The translations under genes were made by a program, and so were the position numbers. From Tubulanus polymorphus (Eukaryota; Animalia; Nemertea), in contig NC_134025.1 in NCBI RefSeq assembly GCF_964204645.1, positions 30,608,299 through 30,672,298 on the forward strand: 64,000 nucleotides of DNA. The letters run 5' to 3'. The notes under the pieces were generated by a model, which was not told the DNA's origin, made no database searches, and worked only from the letters and a program-made list of their open reading frames with translations. The first letter of the stretch is position 1. Every line of letters begins with the position of its first letter. Below, piece by piece: positions 1 to 14,700 of the stretch.

Positions 1-24
1 AATGATTTAATTTCTGGTTTATAG

Positions 25-746
25 TGAAGTATTGAAGAATTCTTATGAGAAAATAGACATGTTAGAAATCAAAGATGATGTCATACAATATGTGGTAAGT
101 GTTGGACCTGGTTTCACACCCCCCTATATACATCTCTCTCTCTCCTCTCATTCAGTCCCCTCTTAATATCTTTCTCTATCTCTCTCCTCTCTGTCACTTA
201 CTCTGATTCTACTAACACTTGATATTACTAGGTAGAACATTCCAACTTGCAGGTGGGCAAATTTAAAAGCTCTCTCAGCAAAATTTCTATATATATATAT
301 ATCATAGGTTTTACTGGTTGATTAAAATCCTGACTGACTATCTCCTCTATACATCTCTCCTCTCACCTCTCTTTATATCACTCTCCTCTCTCTCTCTATC
401 TCTCTCCTCTCTGTCACATACTCTGATTCTACTTACAGGAATTATTTGAATCACTGGACAGAGAATCGATGGGAGTAATGTCGATGGAATCAATTGAAGA
501 AATTCTCAGTTCATCTTTCGAAACAAATCCGGATGAAAAACCAGAATTATTCCAAGAGATTTTACCAGTGATAAATCCAGTAGGTATTTCAATACACGTA
601 CCTCGCAACTGCTGGAAAAATATCGAAAAAAATTACTAATATTTTTGAAATTAATTTTTCAGGAAAATCAGGACACAGTTTCAAAAATGGACTTTCTTTC
701 GTACATTCCTTATTTCATATACATGAAGAAATCAGCGATGAATTGA
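25..746 (+). CDS. 3' end (last three exons) of an EF-hand-like calcium-binding protein; 5' part lies outside the window
   Basis: Exons 25-94, 439-579 and 663-746 have AG/GT borders and splice in frame to ...EVLKNSYEKIDMLEIKDDVIQYV|ELFESLDRESMGVMSMESIEEILSS...EILPVINP|ENQDTVSKMDFLSYIPYFIYMKKSAMN*. Two degenerate helix-loop-helix EF loops (DRESMGVMSMES; NPENQDTVSKMD). Confidence 0.6.
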
Positions 747-2015
747 GAACTATTTCATTTATAAAAACCAAACCAAACACTGTGATTGAACTGTATGATA
801 AATTACGTGTACAGGGTAGATAGATACTTCCGTCCACGATTCAAAGATGTTTTACTCGATTTTTATTCGATAGTAAATATTCCCAAAAGATCTGATTTTA
901 TAGATTTGTTTATATCGTCAATATATTGTATTAATTTACAAAACGCATCACGATATTGTAATATTTTATCAAGTTTGATGTTAGAGATTTTTATACCGCG
1001 ACATCAATGGTTTCAATGAGTTCAAGCTGTAAATAAAGTCTCACTCTCTGCAGGTATAATAATCATGCGTTAAAATGCACGACTCAATGAAAGCTAGTTG
1101 CAGAATTAGGTTTTGATTGTGAAAATGTATTCGATCTGATTACGATTACAAAATTATGTCAAAAACTTTTGTTTTGTTTTCGTTAAAACATTTGAAATGA
1201 ATATTTTGTAAGATTGCGGTGAATTGAATATATTCAGTTATTGAATTGGCTGTTTCTGTGGTTTTTTTCTGATTTTTGAAAGAGGATGTCCCGGGCTCGA
1301 ATCAGAAACACCTACGGGTCTATCAATTAAAGCTACAGTATATTGCTATGAAACCTAACATAAAAAACATTCTAAATTACGCGGGGCGTCACACGTCGGC
1401 TTGTCTACCATCGAATTCTAATTTATTATCAGCGATGATTTTGACAAGATTATTAAAGAAGCAAATTCGGAATTGAGTTGATTTAGTCAGTTTAGCAAAA
1501 TTCTAATAGATGGCGATCTATAATTTTTGAACTTCGGCCTTGATTATGAAATCCCGCGATCCTTACTTTTCGGTGCGAGGATCATAAAGTTTTAGTGGTT
1601 TCAACAATCGACTTTTGACCACTGGTCAGTCCAAAATTCCATTATCGAAAAGTGATATATAACAATCGGAACAAGCAAATTCAATCTAGTGTAATTGAGA
1701 AATATAGTTTTTGAACCCGATTTTGGAAATCCAGCGCAGTGAATCAAAATAAGTCACTTCCGATACAGTTTCACAGTTGAGAGTTCAGATTTGATTCAAA
1801 CATTACCATAGACTTTTCGGTTTTTAAGACCAAGTAACTTATTGGAAATTAACAAATTTCAACTGAAGATCTGACTCAAGGTAACTAATTGAAAATTAAC
1901 TAATCCATCTCGAGTCAAGAACTGTGGAATAACTGGGTATTGAAGTTTAAACTTGTTCTTGGAATTATTCGCACGTTTTATAAACACACGTGCGGCCTGG
2001 CTGTTAAGTGTTATC

Positions 2016-5000
2016 ATGGATAAGTGTCACACATACGAACCAGATATTTCTGTCCCGACAAACCACATCGAAATGTCAGAGCGTTACACGAAAAAAGAGG
2101 ACACATCTCCGGGACAGAAATTACAGATGTCCAGTAGTGCCGGACGGAGTGAAGATATTCCAGCATGGGTCGACGAAGAGGGAGGATTGAAAGTGGCCAC
2201 GGCTACTGTGTTTATCGTTGGAGAGATGGCTGGAAGTGGAGTATTGGCGCTGCCTAAAGCTACTGTTAACACAGGTAAAATATTCCATTATTTATTATAT
2301 TACTACCTTAATCCGAATAAAATTGCATTAATTTTGATAGAATAGAATATTGCGAGATAAAATCAATAAAAATGATGAAATATGAAGAACGCGTGTGGTG
2401 TGTCCAGAGCCTGGAGGCAGCACTCCAGATGTGAACAGTCAGTCGAAGCGCCCTGGTGAAACAAAAACATCTGGACCCAATTGCGACTTTTTGATTGATT
2501 CTAGGGTTACGCATATGAACTATTAGTGCCTTAAATGGGAATCAGAATGTTGGAGCCAGGGTCTTGAATTCTCGATAACTCAGTTTCAGTGTAACTGCTG
2601 TGTCATGAGCATGTTTGAATCTTTTTTTTAATTAAAAATATATACATGTACATATATACGTACATACAATATTCATATTCTACAGATAATGTACTGTACT
2701 GTTATCATACATCCAGGGAATTTGACGGTGATAAGCCCGATATGAATAAGTGTCACAAAATCTATATAATAATATTTGAATCAATGCACTGATCCGAATA
2801 TGACAATGGATGGCTACCGACTTTGGAGAAAAATCCCCAAAAATTGAATAGTCCTAGAGACACTGTTGATGTGCAGACCGCGACATTTAAATTGTAGATG
2901 AATCGTTGAGTTTTTCGGTTTATGGTTGGAGTCAAATTTCCTGTAGTTTTTGTGCCGTTATTTCAGGCTATATCGGAGTGTTGATTTTGATAGTTTGTAC
3001 ATATTGCGCTGCGTATACGGGGAGCATTTTGGGAAAATGTTGGATGATTCTACAAGAACGGTATCCAGAATACAGACAACCGACTAGGTATCCGTATCCA
3101 GCCATTGGATACCGGGCTTGTGGACCCGCAGGAAGGTAAAGCCCCACCACTGCCATTAGTGCGAATTTCGAGCTCTAAGATGAATTGAAAACGATCTTTC
3201 CACCCATGTTCAGAGTTTATTTGAAAAAAAAATGAAAAAGAGTGAATAAAATAAACTCTAAAGATGAGTGGAAAGATTCCACCCGGAACATACGAAAAAA
3301 CAATAACAGTTTTTTTGAATTGATAGTATTGTGGTTTGTGCACCATTTCCAGTATCAATATTGAAATTCTAATATGCATTTTTATTTTGCAGATATTTGG
3401 TGTCGTTATGTAACAATGTAACATTGTTCGGAGTATCGACTGTATTCGTGATAATGGCAGCTGAAATACTGCAGGATTTATGTTGGGATTACGGGTTAAA
3501 AATGTCCGCCTGTTACTGGTTACTGGTTATAGCTGCAATTCTCATACCCTTTACATGGCTGGGTAGCCCTAAAGACATGTGGTAAATAAATGTATGATTT
3601 TTCAAGAGTCGGGTTCAACGAGTGCAGATCGAAGTCACCTCCCAAGCGGCAGCGGCGAACAATCCAAATGCCATGTCATCTTCGACCACATGAAGGACAA
3701 ACACCAGAAGTTTCACGGTGTTAAGTTCATTTTGGCCCAGAACCTCATTGATAAGACTGCGGTTTCAGGATCCTCATGGGCCTCCGAACTGGTTTAACTA
3801 TTACCAGTTTTTAAGATCAGAGTTGCGGTAGTTGATTCTATACATGTTCTAGATAAGAGAAAGTTTCTTTTATTTGACAATCCCAGAGTGAAACGATTTT
3901 CGATATATCCGAACAGTCTTGAAATAAAAAAAATAGATTCAATCGGGAGCGGTGAGTCTCGAACTCAGGGTCCCCAGTCGCATATGCGAACGCCTTGACC
4001 ATTCGGCTATATTACTGACCACTGAGTTGTCGAATCTATGATGATCCCATGTGTAAGGTGAACATTTCACTGTACAAATGAATGTTAATGCAAAATCTTT
4101 AAATTTGTAGAAAATAACTTCAAAAGGTTATGTGCCGCCTTGTGACTGTTTTGACTATATTTTTCAAATATTTCACAGGCCTCTAGCGATTGGTGCAATG
4201 TTAACGACTATAGTAGCTACGGTACTGGTATTGATAAAACTAGTGATGGCAGCTCCTTTGATGAAAGATATCGAGATCACGCATACGCCTCCGAACCTAA
4301 AACCTGACGGTATTAAACACGCGTTCATGGCGTTTGGGACGATGATTTACGCGTTTGGAAATCACCCGATTTTCCCTACGATTCAGCACGATATGACTGA
4401 ACCGAAAAAATTTACGACAGTTGTATTTTGTGGTTTTACAGGTAGATATAAGCCGCGATCACACGAGCATTTTTGGCCGGGGCCAAATATGGCCCGTAAC
4501 AACTGTTCACACGGGTGCCAAATGGGCCCGACCAAAAACGTCGGATAACATTCCCAGTTGGTCAAAGGTTGGTTCAGTAAATCACCTGGCAAACGTATAT
4601 CTCATCACCAACCTTCTCAGTTGTCAGTTATCCAGTTAGCTTTAACCAAACTTTGATCCACTGGCCCAAAGAAAATTTTTTTTTTGTCCGTGGTGGTTTT
4701 TAAAAGCCTCTGTATAGAAAATTCGAATTTAGTTTAAGTTCAAATTTCACCTTGTGTTTAACCCTCAATCCATGTATGATATATTGATATTTTGTTTCTC
4801 AATTTCAGCTGTTATATTGCTGTATCTACCAATAGTTATCGGTGGTTATGTCGTTTTTGGTGACACGATTCAAGATAATATATTAAGTTCACTGAATGCA
4901 GTTTCACCAGGTCCAATATTGACTGTGATTCAAATACTATTCGCATTACATCTGTTATTCGGGTTCGTTATAGCAATAAACCCGTTCTGTCAGGAAGTCG

Positions 5001-6125
5001 AGGATCTCTTTAAAATCGAACAAAGTAAGAAGAACCTTCGTCCGGGTTTTGCCATATACTAGTTACCCTATTTTAAGTTGAAATCCAAATTTGAAAATTC
5101 AAAAGCAAAATTTGTTCAAGATTGAATTTGTAAATATATTCTATAGTCACTGTGCTAATACTACTCAACCTTATGTTGATATTACTGTTGTAGTATTCAG
5201 TGTGCGTAATTTGCTCAAGTTCAAAATGAAAAATCATTGACATGTTTCAATCATAATTAATCAAGAACTCTTATCTTTATAATTAGCTACTTAAAGTGTT
5301 CTTATCTTAATCATAGCTACATCAAGTACTACTGGAAATTAATACTTGATATTTATACTTCTAGAATTTACATGGAAGCGCGCAGTGGGTCGTACTCTGA
5401 TAGTATGCATGATATTATTTGTTGCTGAATCTGTACCGAAATTTGGAGCTATTCTGGCCTTGATCGGAGGCTCAACTACAGCTTTACTTTCATTTATACT
5501 TCCGTGTGTGTTCTACACGAGACTGTGCAATAGTGGCGGTGTTTGGCAAAAAAGGTGATTAATTGATATACGTAAAACAAAGGAAATTCTCGATGGTTCC
5601 GCAGTGAACTATTACTATAACTCCTTACAGTCAAACATGGCTCCCGATTTTCAACGAGTCAGTAAAAATGTTTAAGGCAGCGAATTGGAAAAAAAAGATT
5701 TAAGTTGCCGAAAGACCATTTCGAGCACATACAACCACAGGGCATATTACTGAAAATGTCGAAAATGATCTATAACTGAATTAAGTGGAATAAAATCCTT
5801 TAAAATGGCAAAAAGGCTATAGCTAAAGGCTACAGTAAGTTCATGTCGGGCTGCGACGCGACGCAACTATGAGAAGACATGCGATCATAGCCCGACTAGC
5901 TGGATTAGTTGGTCACTGAGTCACTGTGGCCCGCCTGAAATTCATAACTGATTTTTTATTTGAATTTTCAGATTTGTGCCGCTACATAAAACAGTATTTC
6001 ATTACGAACTGATTATCATTGCTGTGATAGCTGGAAGTATATCAACATACGCGGCAATAGAAGACATCGTCAGTCCCGATACATTCGTCTATCCCTGTTA
6101 CGTCAATGCTTCGTTATTTCTATGA
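2016..6125 (+). CDS. Amino acid transporter, Aa_trans (SLC32/36/38, AVT1-like) family; 7 coding exons
   Basis: Exons 2016-2274, 2967-3135, 3393-3581, 4179-4441, 4809-5024, 5365-5554 and 5972-6125 are all GT-AG and in frame. Family motifs FIVGEMAGSGVLALP, YPAIGYRACG, AFGNHPIFPTIQHDM and LIGGSTTALLSFILPCVFY are present, with many TM segments. Confidence 0.92.
3944..4020 (-). mobile_element. tRNA-derived SINE head or tRNA pseudogene in transporter intron 3
   Basis: The minus strand reads TAGCCGAATGGTCAAGGCG (A-box-like) ... GAGTTCGAGACTC (B-box-like), followed by a T-run. The acceptor stem does not pair well. Confidence 0.55.
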
Positions 6126-8722
6126 TATATAATAAATAACTTTAAAAAAATCTATGTTTTCACTCAAAGAAAAAAGAAAACCCCACAGTTTTGATGAAAA
6201 GCTAAGAGTGTAGTAACATTTTGACTCAATTCTACGAGCCATTTTCAAAACTAAGGGGGCGTTTAAAATTCTATGAGCCATTTTCAAAAGCAAGAAAGAA
6301 GTGACGTCAGACTCGAAACGTCACTAATCTCCATAGTTTTTCTTCATCAGTAACTTGTCTTGTGGAAAACGATATGTTTTCTAAATGGATTTGTACTTGA
6401 TGTATTTGTACTTAAACGAAAAGTCAGTATCGACTTTTTAAAATCTGAGTCAGATTTCAGTCGCCAAAAACTGAGAGAAACATATTCTGTTTCAAAAAAC
6501 ATCTGCAAACAAGGACCTCATGAATTGTTGTTTTCGTGGAAATTTTTATATAGAAAATCTGTCAGTTCATTGAAAATCAATCTACACCCTTCAGAGGATA
6601 TCAAACCACAATATCCGTGATGTAGTAAAAAGAGTCCCACCCACAATTTTAAATCTCAGGTGTTCGATACCATCTTTCGGCAGTCCTAAGTGATGAATAC
6701 TTTTTAGACTGACGAAAGGTATCGTTATATTTCTAATAAACTTTTTAGTCAGTTCAGAATTTTGGTTGGACTTAACGTAAGATAGGATTGTTTGTTTGCC
6801 TGTAGCTTGTTTGATTGTTTAATTGTTTACAATATACGACCATTAAATTCAATTTATACATGAAATTGACTGTTTTTTTTAAAATCTTATTGCAATTCAT
6901 CCTGACACTTTATAAGACCACTTTACACAATTTAGAATACCACAAAATTACACGAATTAAGTTTTACAAATATTGAGTAAGGACAAAATGTACTTTGAAA
7001 GCTCGTGATTTTGATAAAATCACTTTAACCTTCAAACTACTATTTGTCCTAATTCAGTATTTGTAAATCGAACGTCGTTATGAATAATGAAGAGAATTTC
7101 TGCACAGATGTTAAGAGTGGTCGTGGAGAGTGGTTGGTTCACATTCTGTCACTGCACACACACGCACACATGCTTTCTAACTTACAGGTTTTCTAAAAAA
7201 AAATCTACGTTAAGCATATGGACCATATTTATATGTTATATGAGTATAAAATTGTTCGCCATTTTGTGAACTGATACAATAGCATGTACTAAAGCAAGAA
7301 AGTTGTAAGAAGAATTAGAACAGAGCGCGATGATGTCTGACCTCCGGTAGCCAGACCATTTGGACGTTTCAGACCATACGGTTTGGACCAGTACATGGAA
7401 GAACCTGTTGAAATCATAATGACGTCATAGATGATATGTCATGATTTGTGAAAGATTGAATAGTAGGTCCAACGATAAATGTAGAAATAAGACGAAATTT
7501 TCTGTAACAAAATAATTCATTTCAGCAACGTATCGGCCATTATCTGATGTAGTTAGTGTTGTTAAAGTGTTAGTTTCAACGCAATTTGATAAAGATTCGT
7601 TTTCTTGAGTCAATTATTCAATCAAACTATCGGTATTTTCACTGGATTCAAACAGTTCTGATATGAATTCAAACAGTTCTGATATGAATTCAAACAGTTC
7701 TGATGTGAATTCGAGTTTTGTCAAGTTTATGGTTTATCAATAGAAAGCTAAAAAAACATGAAATTTATCAAAATAAAATATTTTCAAACCGTTAAAATAC
7801 AGATTGCATAAAGTAAAAGCCATAAATAAAAAAACGATCGAAAAAGCGAAACAGCTGAAACAAGAATGAATATTACTTTCACTCTGTTTATAACATCGAC
7901 TACTAATGTTGTATTTTTGAACGTTTAGAATAGCAGGAAGAACTAATGTTTTTTTGTGATACGTGATCTAGGTAGGTATCACAGCGCTCGGAAGTACGGC
8001 TCGCTGAGCATCTGTCGTTCAGATCGAGTTACAGAACGTCGTTAACAGATGACAAACCTATATTGAATATCACCACCGATCGCAGCCCCGTTCTACAACA
8101 TCCTGGCGATTGCCACAATCTCCCGGGACAAGCAAATCAAATCAGGATATTTTTGGAAATATAGCTCATTTTTGTTTTAGATGAGATTTGAGGTAAGAAA
8201 TTAACTAGTTTTAGTGACTTTTTAACAGTCGCCTTTCTTTCGAAAATAGGCAATCTTCTTCAAAGTGTCCACTTTTGTCGGGATCTACAGTTTCTGGCTA
8301 AATTTTGACTTTTGAATTTTAGGTTAGATAATTACAATTAGTGGTATTAGAGGTGTATCACGTGGAACAAGTTCCGTAATAATTTCCAGCTCAGAATTGA
8401 CTTAATAGTTTAAACAAATTGGGAATTAAAAATCTGAAATCAAACTAAACAGGATACTGTCGACTGGGTCCAGGAGCGGGAGCTCATATTCAAATAAACC
8501 CATGACTCGTTTTGAGATATTGAACTGTTACTTTCTATGACAGCTGATACTTAAAAACAAAATTCATTAGCTTTTTAAATTTTCAGTAATCGATCAGAAA
8601 ATAATGAATACTATTTGAAAGACTGGAGAACACAATGGCGAACAATAGTAGCGATTTATACGAACGGAAATCAATACAGAGTGATAAACAACGTGTTTGA
8701 TAAAACAGAGAAAATATAGAAG

Positions 8723-11700
8723 ATGGTAAAACCATTTTGGAAGCAATGCAACCCGTGGGATGTGGTGTTCTGGACTGTATTTCTAGCTTTGATTGGTGGA
8801 TTTCTATACGTCGTCAGCCTCATCATTATCGATTCGATTAAGATAAACAAATTAAAGCATAAAATACACGTATATCATAACAGTACTATTCATATAACTC
8901 GATCAACTCAGGCTTTACTCAATACGACGTCAAAATTCACATCTTCTTTACCAGTTTCAACAACATCGTCAACATCACGTGCATCACCATCGCCTTTCAT
9001 CTCTACGACATCTCAAACCGCCATTTCAACTACAAAGCATCAAAATAAACACACCACACACCACAAAACTACCACAAAACCTGCACCAAAATCAAGTCAC
9101 CCGTTTGTAAAATCTACTTATGGTGCGTTTTACACAACCATACATTCAACTCAATCAGCACAGCGTAGCTCAACTAGAAAAACAAAACCAGTAGTAACCA
9201 CAACACCAAGGCGTACCATGAAACCAGTAGTTACCACAACAGTGAGGCGTACTACCAAACCAGTAGCTACCACAACACCAAGGCGTACCACCAAACCAGT
9301 AGTTACCACAACAGCAAGGCGTACCATGAAACCAGTAGTTACCACAACAGTGAGGCGTACCATGAAACCGGTAGCTACCACAACACCAAGGCGTACCACC
9401 AAACCAGTAGTTACCACAACAGCAAGGCGTACCACCAAATCAGTAGTTACCACAACAGTGGGGCGTACCACCAAACCAGTAGCTACCACAACAGTGAGGC
9501 GTACCATGAAACCAGTAGCTACCACAACAGTGAGGCGTACCATGAAACCAGTAGCTACCACAACACCAAGGCGTACCACCAAACCAGTTGTTACCACCAG
9601 GCGTACTACAACACTAGGGCGTACCATGAAACCAGTAGTTACCACAACACCAGGGCGTACTACGAAACCAGAAGCTACTTCAACAGCAAGGCAAACCACC
9701 AAAACAGTAACTACCACAACATTGAGACCAACCACCAAACCAGTAGCTACCACAACACCAGGGCGTACCACGAAAAGAGTAGCTAATACAACACCAAGGC
9801 GTACCACCAAACCAGTTACTACCACTACAGTGAGGCCAACCACCAAACCAGTTACTACCACAACAGTGAGGCCAACCACCAAACCAGTAGTTACCACAAC
9901 ACTGAAGCAAACCACCAAACCAACAACTACAGTGAGACCATCCACCAAACCAGTTTCTACCACTACAGTGAGGCCAACTACCAAACCAACCACAACAGTG
10001 AGGCCAACTACCAAACCAGTTTCTACCACAACAGTGAGGCCAACCACCAAACCAACCACAACAGTGAGGCCAACCACCAAACCAACCACTTCAGTGAGGC
10101 CATCCACCAAACCAACCACAACAGTGAGGCCAACCACCAAACCAACCACAACAGTGAGGCCAACCACCAAACCAGTTGTAACCACAACAGTGAGGCCAAC
10201 CACCAAACCAACCACAACAGTGAGGCCAACTACCAAACCAGCTACTACGACAGTGGGGCCAACCATCAAACCAGTAGCTACCACAACACCAGGGCGTACC
10301 ACTAAACCAGTAATTAGCACAACAGTGAGGCCAACTCCCAAACCAGTTACTTCCACAACAGTGAGGTCAACCATCAAACCAGTTACTACCACAACAGTGA
10401 GGCCAACCACCAAACCAGTAACTACTACAAAAATGAGGCCAACCACCAAACCAGTAACTACCACAACAGCAAGGCGTACCACCAAACCAGTAGTTACCAC
10501 AACACCAAGGCGTACCACCAAACCAGTAGTTACCACAACAGCAAGGCGTACCATGAAACCAGTAGTTACCACAACAGCAAGGCGTACTACCAAACCAGTA
10601 GTTACCACAACAGTGAGGCGTATCATGAAACCAGTAGTTACCACAACAGCAAGGCGTACCATGAAACCAGTAGCTACCACAACAGTGAGGCGTACCACCA
10701 AACCAGTAGTTACCACAACACCAAGGCGTACCACCAAACCAGTAGTTACCACAACAGCAAGGCGTACCATGAAACCAGTAGTTACCACAACAGGAAGGCG
10801 TACTACCAAACCAGTAGTTACCACAACAGTGAGGCGTACCATGAAACCAGTAGCTACCACAACAGCAAGGCGTACCACCAAACCAGTAGTTACCACAACA
10901 CCAAGGCGTACAACCAAACCAGTAGTTACCACAACAGTGAGGCGTACCATGAAACCAGTAGCTACCACAACAGCAAGGCGTACCACCAAACCAGTAGTTA
11001 CCACAACACCAAGGCGTACCACCAAACCAGTAGTTACCACAACAGTGAGGCGTACCATGAAACCAGTAGTTACCACAACAGCAAGGCGTACTACCAAATC
11101 AGTAGTTACCACAACAGTGAGGCGTACCATGAAACCAGTAGTTACCACAACAGCAAGGCGTACCATGAAACCAGTAGTTACCACAACAGCAAGGCGTACC
11201 ACCAAACCAGTCGCTACCACAACAGTGAGGCGTACCATGAAACCAGTAGTTACCACAACAGCAAGGGGTACCATGAAACCAGTAGTTACCACAACAGCAA
11301 GGCGTACCACCAAACCAGTCGCTACCACAACAGTGAGGCGTACCATGAAACCAGTAGTTACCACAACAGCAAGGCGTACCACCAAACCAGTCGCTACCAC
11401 AACAGTGAGGCGTACCATGAAACCAGTAGTTACCACAACAGCAAGGCGTACTACCAAACCAGTAGCTACCACAACAGTGAGGCGTACCATGAAACCAGTA
11501 GTTACCACAACAGCAAGGCGTACTACCAAACCAGTAGTTACCACAACAGTGAGGCGTACCATGAAACCAGTAGTTACCACAACAGCAAGGCGTACCACCA
11601 AATCAGTAGTTACCACAACACCAAGGCGTACCATGAAACCAGTAGTTACTACAACAGCAAGGCGTACCATGAAACCAGTAACTACCACAACAGCAAGGCG

Positions 11701-14700
11701 TACCACCAAACCAGTAGTTACCACAACAGCAAGGCGTACCACCAAATCAGTATTTACCACAACACCAAGGCGTACCACCAAATCAGTAGTTACCACAACA
11801 GTGGGGCGTACCATGAAACCAGTAGTTACCATAACAGCAAGGCGTACCACCAAACCAGTAGTTACCACAACAGCAAGGCGTACCACCAAATCAGTAGTTA
11901 CCACAACACCAAGGCGTACCATGAAACCAGTAGCTACCACAACAGTAAGGCGTACCACCAAACCAGTAGTTACCACAACAGCAAGGCGTACCACCAAATC
12001 AGTAGTTACCACAACACCAAGGCGTACCATGAAACCAGTAGCTACCACAACAGCAAGGCGTACCACCAAACCAGTAGTTACCACAACAGCAAGGCGTACC
12101 ATGAAACCAGTAGCTACCACAACAGTGGGGCGTACCACCAAACCAGTAGTTACCACAACAGCAAGGCGTACCACCAAACCAGTAGCTACCACAACAGTGA
12201 GGCGTACCACAAAACCAGTAGCTAGCAAACTGTCGACTTTATTAACAACTAAAACAGAAATGATTACGACTAAACAAGCCTCAACGTTTCTGGCGACAGT
12301 CAAGAAAATTAAGGAAAAAATAAAATCTACGATTTCTACCCTGGAAATTCAAAAGTTTACGAATATGATAAATTCGACATTGAAAACTACTCCAAATACT
12401 GAACTAAAAACCACCAAGAACTCAGTAACTATTCTTCAAACTACAACAATTCCAACCCAGACTGGAACTCCTAGCTGGCCAGGTCTGCTACCATACTCTC
12501 TCAATACACCGTACCCTGTGGATCCAGCGGGCTGGTGCAAACCTAACCAAACCGACCCGTTATTACTGAAAATACAAACAACCGGAGGAAACTCTGACGG
12601 GAACGAATGTATATTCCCTTTCCATTATAACGGACTGTGCTACGAAAGTTGCATCGAAACGTTCGACTCTAAAACCTATCCGTGGTGCGCTACTTCAAAG
12701 GATTTCAACAAGGATAAAAAATGGGGCTATTGCATATGTAAGTATAGAAGTATGAAATGATAAAGCGTCCTGTGGTAAGATTTCTCGTCATATTTTGTAT
12801 TGCTACTTATGAAAAAAATGAACAAGTCAGTATCATTATTTTGACCTGGTCGTGCCATCTCCCTGGTTGTGTTGTCAGTATGTTATGTGACCACAGTCAG
12901 TGAGATTATGGTCAGTATGAGTCGGCAAACAAACCTTACACAGACCACTCATACGCAATCTATAGATTGACCAAATAGGTCGGATTTGGATTGTTCTGGT
13001 ACAAACCAGTTTGTGGCCGTACGACAAAAGGTCACGTTATTGTTACGTGATGCAGGTAGTGGCTTCACTTAATACCCGTCCTGTAAACGAGAATCTTATA
13101 ATGAAACAGTGATTAGAATGCAGTTTTTAGGCATTAACGAATCGCCGAAGATTTTGGAAATTTCTTTCCTTTTTTATCCATTGGAAAATGCCAGATAATG
13201 ATACTGGGAAACTTAAGTCACATTTTCGAAAAATTGAATCAAGTCCCCAGAACGCTTTTTCAACTGACATTAAAGAATAATTATCCTTTTCACAACTCAT
13301 TTTGGCTTAAACCAATGATTATTGAATTTTTTTTTAAATTTCTTAATTGATAGTGCGAGAAATAAAAACGTTTGGAGGCTCTGCGAATGGCGATATTTGT
13401 CATTTTCCATTTCAACTGAACGGTGAATATATGTACTCGTGTCAGACGAGTGGTCAGAACTATCCGTGGTGCGGTACAACACTGATGTATGATGAGGATC
13501 TGAAATGGGGATATTGTCTCGGTAAGTTCCAGCAGGAGAAACAGTTCCATATCGGTAACGTTTGACTCGAAAGTTGAAATTGATTATACACGCTTTATTC
13601 AGATCAGTTTTATCCGGAGTTTTCTATCTTTATCACGGCTCACATAGAACATAAATGTATGTAAAATATGATGTTTATTACGGATTTTTCATAAACCGGA
13701 CGCATTTCATCAGTTCTGAATGATCAGAATTAAGCGCAGTCTACTGTAGTTCATTCCAATTTTTTTTAAATTTTGCATCCCTCGAAAACCAACTACACCT
13801 GTCGGAAATGAAATGGGGGTTCCCAGCTGAGCCAGAGAACCGTTGAACTGGCTCCTGGTGTCGTCAATATATAACTGCATCAACATTTTTTAATTCAGTT
13901 CAATCAAAAATTCATAAAGACTATGAACTTATGGTTCGATTCAAGTATCAATAAACGTTAATTCTGTTTTCTATCTCGACTTTTAGATGAAGTTATGCCA
14001 ACATTCGGTGGTGAGACCGGAAATGAAACTTGTTCTTTTCCGTTTTTCTGGAACAAAACTCTACACTATCAGTGCATACCGTCTGAATTCGGTGACGTTA
14101 AAATGTGTTCGACAACCCCTGATTACGACAGAGATGGTAAAATGGCCTACTGTTTAGGTAACGACCACTTTCAACAATATTAATTTCAAAAGAATAATAG
14201 TAATATTAAAAGAATAAAAGTAATATTTTATGTCTGATTTTTTTCCTCAGATGATAAGCAGAAAGTGAGAGGTGGAAGTGACCCGAACGGTGTTTGTGTT
14301 TTTCCGTTTTTCTCGAATAAAGTCTACACGGAATGTATCCCGACTAGTTCCCGTGATACGACAGGAAGATCCTGGTGTTCTACGGCTCCAGATCGTGTTT
14401 ACAGTTCCTCCTACTGGGGATACTGTAAACGTGGGTCATTTTTGTTATTTCAATCAGATTCCTCGTGAAATTCTAATTGTTTTGATTCATCTTGGTCTTT
14501 ATCTTTAATCGAATCTAAGCATAAGCTGCAACTGACCCCCAGTTATGTCATCCGAAACAAATTTTGTGGTTTTGGTCGATTTCTCAGCTTCATCTGAATC
14601 TGGACTGTTTTACTTATATGAAGATACATAGAATTTGCAATTGTATGACTAAAAGAAAAATCAAAGATTAAATACGTTTATTATTTTGTAGCTGATGTGA

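Noticed and set aside
580-823. Alternative donor at 584 giving a different, longer C-terminus for the EF-hand gene
   Set aside because: The donor at 580 (cca|gtaggt) yields a second EF-hand-like loop, while the other frame shows no recognisable pattern.
3944-4020. Functional tRNA gene
   Set aside because: The acceptor and anticodon stems do not pair convincingly, so it is kept only as SINE or pseudo-tRNA.
9151-12303. 1050-aa Val-rich minus-strand ORF
   Set aside because: It is the antisense shadow of the mucin repeat, whose codons (acc/aca/cca/aaa) give no stops in reverse. It has no splice or domain support.
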